A DNA stretch of 64,000 nt from a virus: positions 1 through 64,000 of IMG/VR virus record IMGVR_UViG_3300048930_000528. The stretch is one strand, 5' to 3'. This document shows, one piece after another, positions 38,336 through 48,088 of this stretch; position 1 is the stretch's first letter; each line of letters starts with the position of its first letter. A program made the translations under genes and the position numbers. Below the pieces are notes generated by a model. That model ran no database searches. It was given only the letters and a program-made list of their open reading frames with translations, and was not told the DNA's origin.

Positions 38336-40800
38336 ATGAAACTCGTGAAGATGGGGCAGCGCGTGCGTTCCGCGAAGCGCGGGGCGCATGGACCTACACC
38401 GGCCCGGAAGAATCGGCTGTGGGACAGTGCGGCGGCCCGGAAGGGGCGCCTGGTGGTGACAATCCCCGCGATGGGGGTGACGGTGAGCACGGACGCTGGC
38501 GAAAGCCAGGAGGCGCTTGGCCACTACGCGGACATTCGGCAGATTCAGGCCGAGGAGCGTGCGCGGGAGTTCGGGATCGACCTTGGCACGTCCCGCGGCC
38601 GGCGGTGGCTGGCGCGGTACCGTGCGGGAGTGCACGAGAAATGGGTGAAGGCAATGACGCCGGAGGTGCGTTGAGGAATTTTCCCTATGAAGAAAATGAA
38701 GCTTGCGCTGGCGATCATCAGCGCGATTGACGAGATCTTGGTGGAGCCCTTGAGGGATTCCGCCGCGGCGGCCGAGTTGGTGTGCCTGAAGGTGGAGGTG
38801 ATGACCCGGTGGCCTGGGGCTGCGGAGTCTGCGCTGGAACTGATGCTGGAGCACGTGTGCTCGCTGGAGGTGGCGTGATGAAAGCGGACGACGAGATCGA
38901 GGTTCCGCCCATGGGGGCGGCGTCGCTGATCATCACGGCCGGCTTTGCCCTTGGGGGTGTGCTGGCCCTTGTGGTGTGCGCTGTGGTGGGGGTGGTGTCA
39001 TGAGTGCCGCGCACACGCCCGGCCCGTGGCGAGTGATGCCATGCCCGCAGCACGCTGAGAAGCACCCGTTCCACGATCATCGCTGGATCGCTACGCAAGA
39101 CGCGGAGGTTGAGTTTGGTCACGATCCGAGATCATGGGGCCTGAGCAGTGGCTCGCTGATTTGCGAGATGCGTGACGGGCCGCCGGCCAACGCGCACCTC
39201 ATCGCGAGTGCGCCTGCGCTGCTGGCTATTCTTGAGGAGCAGACGCGGCTGATCGAGGAGTACCTGAGTGGAGCGCTGGTGGTGTATCCGTCCGCGATCC
39301 GTGGGCAGGCTGTGGCAGTGATCAAGCAGGCGAGAGGAGAACAATCATGAGTGCCTTCGACGATTTGCATGCGGCGCACCTGAAAGAGGTGGCGGGTCTA
39401 CACAAGGACATCAGCCGCTTGCAGGGCGAGCGGGACACGCTGCTGGCCCAGCTGCGTGAAGCGGCCCGGACGCTGCGGCTGTGCTCAGTGTCGCTTGATG
39501 CGTATGGTGCGCATGCGGAGTCCGGGCTTGCCGTTGCGGAGTACGCCGATGCGGCGCGAGTGATTGGTGCCGTGACGGGCGAGGTCTGTGCGACGCCGAG
39601 CGCCAAAGAGAAGGCCGAGGCCGATCTGCGTGCGGCGTACCGTGCGCTGGACGAGAAGTGACCGGCGAATTTCCAACGTCAGAGAACCAAACCAAGGAGT
39701 GACCATGAGCTATCGCAATTCAGGCAGGGGCCGCGATCCGTACTGGACGACGGCAAAGTTCCCGGGTGTGTGTGCGAAGACGGGCGAGCCCATCAAGGTG
39801 GGGGAGCGGATCTTTTACTATCCGCGGACCCGGAAGGTGTTCGCTGGCGAGGCGGCGGAGGCAGCGGCTCGCGACTTCGAGGCGTGCCGCTTTGACGAGG
39901 CCCAGGCCGGGGGAGGGTGGTGATATGAGCGTCACTCCCTACTTCTTTCACTGCGAAGGTGTGTCCGCCATCGCAGCGATCCCCCGCAGCCTCACATGGC
40001 AGCAGTGGGCGTCGATTGAAAATGGCTTCCTGCACCTAGCCGTGCGCCGCGTGAAAGCGCGCAAGTGGGCCTACGTTTACAAGTTCCCGCTGTACCCAAG
40101 CCAGCAGCATGCCGGAGTATTCTGGCACGAAGAACTGGCTGGCCCAGGCGGCATGGGGTTCGTGCTCCTGCCTGGCGAAGCAAGCACTGCGGACGACATC
40201 GAGGCTTGCCAGCGAAAGCTGATGCGGGACCGCGATGTCGTCAGGCTTACAGTGGTGCACACCAAGAAGTGGCGAGGTGCAGCCTTGGCAAAGTTGATTT
40301 CATCGGCGAGCGCGGCGGGACCGCGTGGATGATAGCCCATCAGGGTTCGAGCCCCTGGCCGCCGGCAATTCCCCATCAATCCCAACCAATCCAAAATTAG
40401 GATACCAATACCCATGATCTCAGCACTGATCTTCGTGGCCGGCTTCGCAGCCGGCGTGGTGTTCACGGTGGCGGCGGCGCTGTGCTTTTTGCACTACGCG
40501 TCGGACCTGCCCGACAACAATGAAGTGGACCGCGTGACGGCGGCGAGCGCGGAGTGGGAGGCCACCCGCAAGTAGAACCGGCACCCACAAGGTCCGGGGC
40601 TTTTTCATGCCATGAGAACGTGCAGCCAGTGGCCGACGATGAGCTGGCGCCAGAAGGCGCAGTACTTGGTGAACACGAGGCAGGCGCGCGACTGGTCGGA
40701 GGCCTGCCGGATGCTGGGTGCGTGCAGTCATCGCCGGCCGGTGAAGTCACCTCAAAATGGAGGTTGCATCGCCGTCCGGCTTCCGTACAAAGACGACTGA
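38336..40800 (+). CDS. Run of small hypothetical early genes (38336..38674, 38687..38878, 38878..39003, 39000..39350, 39347..39661, 39705..39923, 39925..40332, 40414..40575, 40612..40800)
   Basis: Tightly packed coupled ORFs; 39000 has HTPGPW..ANAHLIASAP common phage motif. Confidence 0.55.
40304..40367 (+). other. Degenerate tRNA-like cloverleaf
   Basis: Perfect T-arm CAGGG-TTCGAGC-CCCTG at 40341-40357, acceptor-like CGGCG/CGCCG, two short inner hairpins; non-canonical. Confidence 0.35.
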
Positions 40801-40926
40801 TTTGCCAATGCAAAATGTAACAATGGGCCACAAGTTGGCGCTGATGCTGGCGATCCAGCGGGCGCGAGAGAGCGGGTACCAGCACCTTGCGGCGGCGCTG
40901 TGCGAGCTGCTGCGGAGGGAGGCAGC

Positions 40927-41655
40927 ATGACCGAGCGCCCCATACTATTCTCCGCCCCGATGGTGCTGGCCCTGCTGGCCGACACGAAGATGCAAACCCG
41001 GCGGATTGTGAAGCCCCAGAGGCACCCCTATGGGGAGATGCTGACGTCGGACCAAGTTGCAGCCGAGTTCCTCGGTGAGACGTGCGCAATTCGCTGCCCC
41101 TACGGCGTGCCCGGCGACCGCCTCTGGGTCAAAGAGACCTGGTCCGCTGCCCGAGGCTGGGACCACGAGAAGCCGGTGCGCATCCCCGTAGGCGCGGCGA
41201 TCCGGTACGTGGCGGACGGTGCGATGGCCGGCGACCTTGGCGACGAGAAGCTTGGCGCTGTGCAGTTTGGCCGCAATCGCCCGTCGATCTTCATGCGCCG
41301 GTGGATGAGCCGCATCACGCTTGAGATCACCGACGTTCGGGTCGAGCGGTTGCAGGACATCAGCGAGGCGGACGCCTTGGCCGAGGGCGTGAAGCCCTTG
41401 GATTCCTACGCCCACTACAACATCTCTTCCGACGACGGCACGTGCGTGGCCGTCTCCGAGGACTACATCCACGGCATACCCAAGGTCGGCGACACGTGGC
41501 ACGGACGCAAGGTGGCGCACGTTCAGCACGTGCCGCAGCGAATGCTGCTCAGTGCCCGCGAGCAATACCGTGCGCTGTGGAACAGCATCAACGGGGCCGG
41601 ATCGTGGAACGAGAATCCCTGGGTTTGGGCGATCACCTTCCGCAAACTGTCATGA
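40927..41655 (+). CDS. ASCH/PUA-like conserved phage protein
   Basis: ERPILFSAPMV..TRR, CPYG.PGDRLWVKE, PSIFM, VERLQDISE, NPWVW. Confidence 0.75.
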   Translation: MTERPILFSAPMVLALLADTKMQTRRIVKPQRHPYGEMLTSDQVAAEFLGETCAIRCPYGVPGDRLWVKETWSAARGWDHEKPVRIPVGAAIRYVADGAMAGDLGDEKLGAVQFGRNRPSIFMRRWMSRITLEITDVRVERLQDISEADALAEGVKPLDSYAHYNISSDDGTCVAVSEDYIHGIPKVGDTWHGRKVAHVQHVPQRMLLSAREQYRALWNSINGAGSWNENPWVWAITFRKLS

Positions 41656-42575
41656 GCATCCGCACCAACAGCTACTTCAGCGGCGCCGGCCTGATGGACC
41701 TCGGCCTGCAACGTGGCGGGCTGCATGTCCAGGAGAGCTACGAGATCGATGAGACCTGCTGCGAAACGTTGCGTCAGAACTTCGACCACAAGGTGGTGCA
41801 GATGGACGTATCCAAGAAGCTGGTCTTCGATGAATCCGAATGCGACGCCATGGTGGCAACGTTCCCGTGCACCAAGTACTCGACCGCGGCCGACATCAAC
41901 GGCGCGAGGACGGGTGACGAACTCTTCCTGCACTTCTTCCGGCATGTGGCTATCCGCCGGCCGGAAGTGTACGCCGTGGAGAACGTGCCCGGCATGCGAA
42001 AGTTTCCCGTGGTGATGGAGGCGCTGACCAGGCTGCCCGACTACTACGTCAACGTCTTCTGTCCGGTTAGCAGCACCAACTGGCTGCCGCAGAAGCGTGA
42101 CCGACTGATCATCATCGGATCACGCAAGCGGTTCGGCTGGCGACCGCCCGAGGCGGGGCGCGTGCTGACGCTGGCTGAGATAATCGAAGAGAATCCGCAG
42201 GTCGAGATACCGGACTACGTGTACGCCAGGATCAACGGCAAGTACCGGGACCAGCCGATCGTGAGCGACCCTGCCAAGGGTGACGTGGCGCCGACGTGTG
42301 TTGCACACTACGCCAAGGATCTCGGGACACGCCTCGTGGTGGATCGCCGGTATCCGCATGGCGTGCGTCCGTATTCGGTGAGGGAGTACGCCCGGCTGCA
42401 AGGCCTGCCAGACACGTTCACTTTCGCTGGCACGAGTCGAGACGCTTACCGCATGATCGGCAACGGCGTATCCGTGCCCGTGGGTGAGTGGCTGGGCCGT
42501 GAGATTGTCCGCTACTTTGGGCGAGGCGCGAGGCCTCAGCCGCTCAGGCCGTTCCAGTTGGATCTTCTGTCATGA
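41652..42575 (+). CDS. C5 cytosine DNA methyltransferase
   Basis: FSGAG, FPC, ENV, Q.R.R, EYARLQG, IGNGV motifs. Confidence 0.9.
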   Translation: MSIRTNSYFSGAGLMDLGLQRGGLHVQESYEIDETCCETLRQNFDHKVVQMDVSKKLVFDESECDAMVATFPCTKYSTAADINGARTGDELFLHFFRHVAIRRPEVYAVENVPGMRKFPVVMEALTRLPDYYVNVFCPVSSTNWLPQKRDRLIIIGSRKRFGWRPPEAGRVLTLAEIIEENPQVEIPDYVYARINGKYRDQPIVSDPAKGDVAPTCVAHYAKDLGTRLVVDRRYPHGVRPYSVREYARLQGLPDTFTFAGTSRDAYRMIGNGVSVPVGEWLGREIVRYFGRGARPQPLRPFQLDLLS

Positions 42576-42872
42576 CCTTCCTCAAAATCAACATCCTGCC
42601 CGAGATGAACTGCGGCGAGCGCGTCTTCCGCTGGGAGGTGCACGGCCATCGCCGGGGCAACGTCCTGGGCGGCGGCTACTGCGCCAAGGTGGAAGACGCG
42701 TGTGCGGACGCCATCGCGTGGGTGAAAAACCAGCCGTGGCACGTGCTGCTGGACCAGAACAAGAACCAATGAAAACCATCCTGCTTCGCGCCGTGCTGCA
42801 CGGCCTGTTCTACATCGGCTTCGGCCTGTTCGCCACGCTCGTCTTCGGCGGGTGGTGGCTGGGGTTTTGACC

Positions 42873-43399
42873 ATGAAATACATCATCGAATACGTCCGGC
42901 CCTCTTGCATGGAGGGCTACGAGAACTACGACCAAGCCCCATGTGTATTCTTCCGGCACTACGAAGCCGTGGACGAGGAGGACGCAGTGTCTAAGGCCAA
43001 AGCCTTTGCCGAGAAGGATGGCGACGTGGTCATCTCGCATGTCAGCACCTACAATTCCTACAAGCAATTCCTCAGCACCGTCCTCGACGACCCGGACTGC
43101 GCGCTGGATCAGGTCAAGTAACCAAAGCCGCCATGAAATACTTAATCGAATACGTCTACATCGAAGACGTCATCAAGCACGGCGACTGCTCTGTGCATGT
43201 CCGCCACCACGAGGCCGAGTCAGAAGTCGATGCACGTGAGCGCGCCATCCAAGTGCTCGGCGACGACGTGTGCATCTGCTCCGTCACTACCGAGGAGCAG
43301 TACCGGCGGTTTACCGAAGAGTCACTGTCCAACCCAATGAACTCACTCGATGCGCTCGCTGCCGAACGCGGCATTGACGAGGGGGAGGACGACCAATGA
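42873..43399 (+). CDS. Tandem paralogous small genes (42873..43121, 43133..43399)
   Basis: MKYIIEYV..RHYEA..DA vs MKYLIEYV..RHHEA..DA. Confidence 0.7.
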
Positions 43400-44004
43400 A
43401 ACCCACCACCCTCATCGGCCCAGCCGGCAAGCTCCAGCGCACGCTGTCCCTTGGCGCCGGCCCCATCAAGCTGCTCTTCCACGGCCCGCCCGGCGTCGGC
43501 AAGAGCGAGCTGGCCAAGTCTCTCGCCGGCCGGCTCGTCGCCTCCGCCCTCGAGATCGACCGCATCAACGGATGCGACCTCGGCGTTGATCGCATCCGCG
43601 AACTGGCCGGCACGCTGCGCCACCGCTCCATGTTCTCGGAGTGGAACGTCGTCATAATCGAGGAGATCGACAAGGTTCCCGCCGTTGCTCAGGCCCTCAT
43701 CCTTACCATGCTGGACGAGGTGATGCCGCACGTTGCGGTGATCGCCACGACCAACGAGGGGCAGGGCAAGATCCCGCCCCGCCTGTGGTCCCGCTTCGAG
43801 CGGTACGAGGTGGGCGCGCCGACGGAGAAGGAGATTCGCCAGCTCGTCATGGATACCGGCGTGCCGGATGCGCAGGTTGACATGATCGTGGCGTCAGCCT
43901 CCGGCAACGTCAGGGCGGCCGTGCTCGATGCGCAGTCGTGGTTCCGCGTGAACAAGCCGGACCCTGCGGCGGCGACGCAGCAGCTCGCCATGCTCTTTGC
44001 CTGA
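43396..44004 (+). CDS. AAA+ ATPase, clamp-loader-like
   Basis: GPPGVGKS, IIEEID, ATTN, SRF, GNVRAA. Confidence 0.8.
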   Translation: MKPTTLIGPAGKLQRTLSLGAGPIKLLFHGPPGVGKSELAKSLAGRLVASALEIDRINGCDLGVDRIRELAGTLRHRSMFSEWNVVIIEEIDKVPAVAQALILTMLDEVMPHVAVIATTNEGQGKIPPRLWSRFERYEVGAPTEKEIRQLVMDTGVPDAQVDMIVASASGNVRAAVLDAQSWFRVNKPDPAAATQQLAMLFA

Positions 44005-44017
44005 ACCCATCAATCCT

Positions 44018-44671
44018 ATGGAAACTAAACGATACGAATCCATGCCCGGAAATCACATCTCGACCGCCTGCAAAGAGGCCGTGGAGATGGCTCGTCGCGA
44101 CTCCTGCAATGTGGAGTTCGACTTCAACGAGATCACACTCACCGCCAAGCCCGACACCGATCCCGCCGCGCTCGCGCAATCCTACTCCGACGAGTGCGAG
44201 CGCCGCCACCGCGCCTACACCGCATCGCCTGAATACAAGGCGCGGCAGGAGGAAGCCGAGCGGAAGGAGCGCGAACGCAAGGCCAAGGTGGATGCCGTGC
44301 TCGCCGACGCCCCCGCAAACATGACGCTGCGCGATCCCGAAGGATGGAAGAAGGCGTGCGACGCAAACCAAGACCCATACGGCGGCGCGGTGATGACCTA
44401 CGCCGAACGCTGGGCGCGAATGATGGAAGCTCGCATGGCGAAGGGCGAACGCATCGCGGACATCGCGGAGGAGTGCTCACACCTCGCCAATGAAGAGGGC
44501 ATCACCGGCTTCATGTATGGCGCCGCCGTCATGACCCTGTCCTCAGTCTGGATCCACGGTGAGGCGCTGCGCTTGTGGCACAACCTCAAGTACCAACTCC
44601 GCGACGAAGGTAAGCGCGCCAACGACAACGGCGGCGTGCTCAATCCGGCTGTCCTGCGGATGGGTGAATAG
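44018..44671 (+). CDS. Conserved hypothetical phage protein
   Basis: Good ORF, GITGFMYGAAV motif; followed by 44681..44890. Confidence 0.65.
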   Translation: METKRYESMPGNHISTACKEAVEMARRDSCNVEFDFNEITLTAKPDTDPAALAQSYSDECERRHRAYTASPEYKARQEEAERKERERKAKVDAVLADAPANMTLRDPEGWKKACDANQDPYGGAVMTYAERWARMMEARMAKGERIADIAEECSHLANEEGITGFMYGAAVMTLSSVWIHGEALRLWHNLKYQLRDEGKRANDNGGVLNPAVLRMGE

Positions 44672-44973
44672 GCACCGGCCATGCACCCAACCCTCGCCGA
44701 CTACACCCGAGTGCGGGCGCACCTGCGCCGCCTCGTCGAAGCCAGCCAGTCGGTCAACGCCGTCGTCTCGCTGGACAAGAACGCCAACCCCGCCGTCATG
44801 GATGAGTTCGTTGAATCCATCGACGGCGGCGCTGACATCCTCAAGGACACACCCGAGCCGCCGCCCGGCCCCGTGCCAGCCAGCTCATGAAGCGCATGCG
44901 CCGTTGGGCGAGCCGAGCGCAACGAGGTATTACCCGCGGCGTTCGCCGCAACGTTTGGAAGGAACCACTGCCT

Positions 44974-45480
44974 ATGACCAACCCAACCAAGGCCCTCGCC
45001 GATCTGTTCGACGGCGTCGGCCTACCGTGGGACGAGGTGCAGAAGAACAAGGACGGACGGCTTGAACCGCCGGCCCCGGCCAGCACGGAAGAGGATCCCG
45101 TGGCCGGCGCACCTGTCCCGATCAATCAGAACGGCGTGAAGCCTGGCCCGCAGAAGCTGGCGCAGTTCATCAAGGCGATGGAGCTGGTCAACATGCCGAC
45201 CCGCTCGCAGGGCGCCGACGACCCCGTCGTCCACATCAAACTCTTCAATCCCCAAGGCGAAGCGACGTGGCTGCTCACCGACTGGCAGCCCGAAGACAAG
45301 ACCGCCTTCGGCTGGTGCCATCTGCTCGGCCGCGACTGTGCCGAACTCGGCTACGTCAGCCTCGAAGAACTCGCTTACTCGCCGGGCGGACGCCTCGGCA
45401 TCGGCATCGAAATCGACAACTGGTTCACGCCCAAGCTGCTCAGTCAGGCAAAGGCGGAACTCTACGGAGACGAAGAATGA
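44974..45480 (+). CDS. DUF2958-like protein
   Basis: KLFNP.GEATWLLT, AFGWC, ELGYVSLEEL, IEID.WF. Confidence 0.75.
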   Translation: MTNPTKALADLFDGVGLPWDEVQKNKDGRLEPPAPASTEEDPVAGAPVPINQNGVKPGPQKLAQFIKAMELVNMPTRSQGADDPVVHIKLFNPQGEATWLLTDWQPEDKTAFGWCHLLGRDCAELGYVSLEELAYSPGGRLGIGIEIDNWFTPKLLSQAKAELYGDEE

Positions 45481-46478
45481 ACACCACCACCCAACCACCC
45501 AAGACCAAGCCGACCCGCATGGATGCACAGGAGGTCATGGACAGCATCGCCACCCAGCTTCCCGAGATCCTTGGCCACATCCACGCCGACGGCGACTGGC
45601 TGTGGTACACAGGCCCGTCGCTCCAGTCCTCGCCAGCCACCCGTCTGGTGCTCAAGGACATCGGCTTCCGGTTCGCGCCCCGCGGCCACGTCATGCCTGA
45701 AGGCAACGGCATCGGATCGTGGGGCCACTCGTGCCTCCGGCCCACGCCGCGCCGCCGCAAAGGCGACCGCCGTGCGGCCACTGCCGACACGCCCGAAGCC
45801 CATGCCGTCGATCCCACGGCGGCACTCGCTGCCCTCTTTGCGTAACCCACGAAACGAACTGACAGCCTCAACCTTTCCATCATCATGAGTACCATGCCCG
45901 CACCCGACATTGCCGCGGTCTTTACCGCCGCCCAAGCCAAGCTCCTCCACCTCGCCGTCGGCCTGCGTGACCGCGAGCCGCTCGCCATGCAGCGTATAAA
46001 CGCTTTCGTCCTCAACAAGACCGGCGCCAAGTTCAACGAGTACCTCACCGGCCCGACGCCCGTCGTCGAGAAGCTCGCCGTCGTGCAGGAAATCACCGCC
46101 ATCGTTGAGTCCGGCGACCTAAGCAAGCTGCCCTCGGCGCCCAACGGCCAAGCCTCGGCCCCGCCGACTGCGCCTCGCACCACCCCGCCGCCGGCCCCGC
46201 CCAAGGTCGAGCAGCCCAAGCAGCCCGAGGTCAAGCAGCCCGAGCCGCCTCCGGCCCCGCCCGCCCCGCCTGCCGTCGACGTGGACGACCTCGCTGACGA
46301 CGACATCGACGCCGACGAACTGGCCGGCGCCATCCAGACCATCGTCAAGGTGGCGGCCAAGCGCAAGGAACCCGCCGCCCCGCCGGCCCCGGCCTTCACC
46401 GAAGCTGACGTGCGCCGCATCATCCGGCACGAACTGGCCGATGCCATGGAGAAGATCGCCAAGGCGCTGCGTGCGTAA
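45477..46478 (+). CDS. Two hypothetical genes (45477..45845, 45885..46478)
   Basis: Coupled ORFs with phage codon usage. Confidence 0.6.
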
Positions 46479-46541
46479 CACCGGCAGTCTGCCACCGGAG
46501 GGGCGAAGCCCCGCAGGTTGGCAGTGATGCCTTGGTTCGAC
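46473..46541 (-). mobile_element. attC-like site A
   Basis: Minus strand GTCGAAC-caag..ctgccaacc..ggtggcag..-GTTACGC with central GGGGC/GCCCC hairpin. Confidence 0.75.
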
Positions 46542-46550
46542 CTTCTTTTT

Positions 46551-47068
46551 ATGAGCTTCGAATACCTGACAACATCCCTCGAAAAAACTCACGCGGCAGC
46601 CCGTGACATGGTCTATCGCGCGACCTTCTTACTCGCGAAACGCGATGACGGAGTGACGGCCTGCGCTCGCCTGCCGCGCCGAAACTCCCGCAAGCTGGAA
46701 ATAGGCTACTGCCTCGGCACGGGTCGAATGACTCATTGGGTCGAAACCGGCATCCTACCGACCGAACATCCCGGCGCGCTCGAATACTGGGTGAAGAAGG
46801 CGTTCTTCTACGCGGACGGACACATAGCGTGTGAGAAAAGGAAAAGCGCATGAGCTACGAAAACACTCAGTGCGTCTGCGGTGGGCGAAAGCTGACCGAC
46901 ACCATGCTGTGCGCCGACTGCGAGAAAGCAGTCGAAGGTACCTTCGACCGCCGCGAGATGGAAAATCCCGCAGCGACATGGGAGCAGCGGCGCAATGCGG
47001 CGATTCGCTGCCTCGCGGTCGCCCGCCGTCGCAACCCAAGCCTACCGCTTACCTATGCGTGCCGATAG
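46551..47068 (+). CDS. Two cassette-borne hypothetical genes (46551..46853, 46850..47068 zinc finger)
   Basis: Bounded by GTTCGACCT (46535) and AGGTCGAAC (47067). Confidence 0.6.
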
Positions 47069-47167
47069 GTCGAACGCACAAGCTGACCTATGACCACCGC
47101 GCCCATGACTACCGAATCCACAACAGACGCCGACGCGGTGGGCATTAAGTCCAGCGCCTTGTTCGGC
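47069..47167 (-). mobile_element. attC-like site B
   Basis: Minus strand GCCGAAC-aaggc-gctggac..ccaccgcg/cgcggtgg..gtcagc-ttgtgc-GTTCGAC. Confidence 0.85.
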
Positions 47168-47725
47168 GTGATTTACGCGGACCCGCCGTGGCGGTATGGC
47201 TTCTCTCAATCGGACTCACGCGCCATCGAGTCGCAATATCCGACAATGACCGACGAGGAAATCTGTGCTATCAAGGTGCCTGCTGCCAAGGATGCCGTGC
47301 TCTACCTGTGGGCGGTGGCTCCACGGCTCGCCGCAGGGCTGCGCGTCATGGAAGCGTGGGGATTCGACTACAAGACTTGTGCTGTGTGGGACAAAGAAAA
47401 GGTGGGCATGGGCTACTGGTGGCGCGGACAGCATGAAATCCTCATGGTCGGAACTCGCGGGAAGTTCTCGCCGCCTCCGCAAGCACTCCGCAAGTCGAGC
47501 GTGATTCGCTGCCCGCGTGGACGGCACAGCGCGAAGCCTGACCAAGTGCGCGACTGGATCGGGGAATGGTATCCCGACGTGCCCAAGCTGGAAATGTTCT
47601 CTCGGCTAAAACGACCGGGCTGGGAGGTCTTTGGAAATCAGGTCGAGTATGACCTGCTAAGCGGGGATTTTTCTTCGCCGAACGTCGCGGGTCAGACACG
47701 ACCCGCCGAAAACTCCAACCTGTAA
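47090..47725 (+). CDS. MT-A70 family N6-adenine methyltransferase (cassette)
   Basis: IYADPPW, YLWA, WGFDYKT, HSAKP, LEMFSR. Confidence 0.9.
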   Translation: MTTAPMTTESTTDADAVGIKSSALFGVIYADPPWRYGFSQSDSRAIESQYPTMTDEEICAIKVPAAKDAVLYLWAVAPRLAAGLRVMEAWGFDYKTCAVWDKEKVGMGYWWRGQHEILMVGTRGKFSPPPQALRKSSVIRCPRGRHSAKPDQVRDWIGEWYPDVPKLEMFSRLKRPGWEVFGNQVEYDLLSGDFSSPNVAGQTRPAENSNL

Positions 47726-47807
47726 CTCCCATGAAAAACCAAAATCCAACTGTAGTCTCTAGCCCGCAGGATCAGTGCGGGTCGTTGTCTGGGAACGCTG
47801 GTTCGGC
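47677..47807 (-). mobile_element. attC-like site C
   Basis: Plus-strand arms cagacacgacccgc / gcgggtcgt[t]gtctg between GCCGAAC and GTTCGGC. Confidence 0.85.
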
Positions 47808-48015
47808 TGCCTTTGCTTTTCCAGTGGGCTCCCGCGTGAAGATCATAGCCGCCGACCCAGAGTGCCCCGCCGACTTTATCGGCTCCGAAGGGACAGTGGT
47901 GAGAATCGCCCCAGCGGATGAAAACTGCTCAGACGATATGTATTCGGTGCGCACGGATAGCGGTAAGCAAGACGGATTCTTTTCAGATGAGCTGATTTCT
48001 TTGCCGAACCAGTGA
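47731..48015 (+). CDS. Small SH3-like hypothetical protein (cassette)
   Basis: FPVGSRVKI..GSEGTVV..YSV; starts inside attC C. Confidence 0.65.
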   Translation: MKNQNPTVVSSPQDQCGSLSGNAGSAAFAFPVGSRVKIIAADPECPADFIGSEGTVVRIAPADENCSDDMYSVRTDSGKQDGFFSDELISLPNQ

Positions 48016-48028
48016 TTGTGCCACGTGC
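48003..48028 (-). mobile_element. attI-like terminal site of array 1
   Basis: Minus strand GCACGTGGCACAATCACTG-GTTCGGC; core present, no partner arm. Confidence 0.5.
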
Positions 48029-48088
48029 GTCCGCATGGACTTGCGTAACTCAATATAAACCAACTCAAACCCAAACCACCCGTGCGAC

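Noticed and set aside
43960-45850. Similar C-termini LAMLFA / LAALFA in two genes as a repeat or degron system
   Set aside because: Match is too short to distinguish from chance.
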